This document shows positions 62,051-64,000 of a stretch of 64,000 bases of DNA, piece after piece. The translations under genes and the position numbers were made by a program. A model generated the notes under the pieces. The model did not search any database and was not told where the DNA came from. It was given only the letters and a program-made list of their open reading frames with translations. The stretch is taken from assembly GCF_028641065.1 (NCBI RefSeq), contig NC_073408.1:1674001-1738000 (forward strand). The letters run 5' to 3'. Numbering within the stretch: the stretch's first letter is position 1; each line of letters opens with the position of its first letter. The stretch is from Leucoraja erinacea. Its lineage: Eukaryota.

Positions 62051-64000
62051 CTGCACAAACCCCAAACACCCTCCATCCATTTTACATTGAAAAAGGGAAT
62101 CTCAGAGCTGCACGAGTGAGACTAATGGCAACACCTTTTAAAGTGGACACGGTCTCCAAAGTCTCTGTGCAGGAAGGAACTGCAGATGCTGGTTTTCGCC
62201 GAAGATGAGATGCAAAAAGCTGGAGTAACTCGGCGCGTCAGACAAGATCTCTGGAGAGAAGGAATGGGTGACGTTTCGGGTTGAGACGCTTCTATCTGAA
62301 ACGTCACCCATTCCTTCTCTCCAGAGATGCTGCCTGACCCGCTGAGTAACAACAGCGTGTTGGGTTTATCTCAAGTCTGCTCTGTAAAGTTGTACAGAAA
62401 TAAATGTATTTTTATTATGCGGTTCATGCAGCTACAGTTACTGATACATGTGTTTACATTTTGTCCATGTTTACTATTTGTCAAGTTAAANNNNNNNNNN
62501 NNNNNNNNNNNNNNNNNNNNNNNNNNNNNNNNNNNNNNNNNNNNNNNNNNNNNNNNNNNNNNNNNNNNNNNNNNNNNNNNNNNNNNNNNNNNNNNNNNNN
62601 NNNNNNNNNNNNNNNNNNNNNNNNNNNNNNACGTACACGTACACACACGTACACACACGTACACGTACACACACGTACACGTACACACACGTACACGTAC
62701 NNNNNNNNNNNNNNNNNNNNNNNNNNNNNNNNNNNNNNNNNNNNNNNNNNNNNNNNNNNNNNNNNNNNNNNNNNNNNNNNNNNNNNNNNNNNNNNNNNNN
62801 NNNNNNNNNNNNNNNNNNNNNNNNNNNNNNNNNNNNNNNNNNNNNNNNNNNNNNNNNNNNNNNNNNNNNNNNNNNNNNNNNNNNNNNNNNNNNNNNNNNN
62901 NNNNNNNNNNNNNNNNNNNNNNNNNNNNNNNNNNNTATCACAGTGCCCAACCTTGCATCTTCGCAACTTGCGATTTCATTTCAATGGTCAGTGTGATGGG
63001 AATTGTGTGTTGCCTGATGTTAATGTGTCTGACCTTCAGGATTTGCAATTTATCACCAGAGAATGATCTTGCTCTTTTGCATTGTTTACACGCCGTTACT
63101 GAGTGCATTCCAAAACGGTCTGGAATATTCTGAAACGTTGGCAGAATTGGCTGCTTTGTGGTTCAGCAGAGTTTGCATGGCTGTTGCGTTTCACACCAGG
63201 GGCGTGCCCCCTGATTGCTGGCAGAGATTTTCCTGACGTGTGTTTAGGTCGAATTTAATTCGCCCATCCCCACCTCTGCTCCGTGCCGTCCCGTCCCGGT
63301 TCATGAAGGCTGAGGTGTCGTCTCTGACAACGAGTGGGGAATAAATTCATAAGTGACATGAGCAGAATTAGGCCATTCGGCCCATCAAGTCTACTCCACC
63401 ATTCAGTCATGGCTGATCTATCTCTCCCATTCTCCTGCCCTCTCCCCCATAACCCGTTGGCATGTGGCACACTGCGATGAAGTGGGTGGTAAACGAAGTT
63501 GGTTCAAGTCTCACTCCAGGCTAAACTGACCCACCCACAGAGTGCCGATCTGCCCTTATCACCAGCTCTCAGGTGTGATTTTAATCTGCCCATATTTGTT
63601 TATCAAATAACTTCACTAAGCCAGTTGAGATGATTATCACGGAGGTGACCATGGGACATCGGTGTGTGAACATTGATATCCTCCACCTGCAACCGGCTTT
63701 CTGAACAGTTTCGCTGGCAAATGTGCTTTGGGTCCCGAGGTTGTGAGATGCATGGTTTAACTGCAAGTGGTTTATTCTACTGTTTGAGAGGGAGGGGTAT
63801 TTTGTGCTATCATTTGGCTCAATGGCTCTGTTACATAGAAACATAGAAAAGAGGTGCAGCAGTAGGCCCTTCGGCCCTTCGAGCCTGCACCGCCATTCAA
63901 TATGATCATGGCTGATCATCCAACTCAGTATCCTGTACCTGCCTTCTCTCCATACCCCCTGATCCCTTTAGCCACAAGGGCCACATCTAACTCCCTCTTA

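Overview
Eukaryotic (vertebrate) genomic DNA. The repeat content (HE1-type V-SINEs, CR1/HER1-type LINE tails, Penelope elements) points to a cartilaginous fish, probably a skate or ray (inference). Four spliced genes were reconstructed by hand from GT-AG junctions and reading phase: the 5' part of ARCN1 (- strand, coding exons 1-4), complete SDHD (+, 4 exons, 156 aa), a complete divergent IL18 (-, 5 canonical coding exons plus a candidate extra 27-nt microexon; 195 or 204 aa), and coding exon 1 of UBASH3B (+). The rest is repeat-rich. It includes a decayed 3.8-kb DIRS tyrosine-recombinase retrotransposon whose circle junction and ATT crossover can be read from the sequence; Penelope fragments and a family of short fold-back elements with fixed ends, a 36-nt tail, ~11-14-bp target duplications and hammerhead-like cores; three 29-38-bp palindromes, each with an 8-bp target duplication; and two promoter-adjacent minisatellites. 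There are three N gaps. Most ORFs in the supplied track are spurious. All gene and family calls rest on recalled homology, not database searches.
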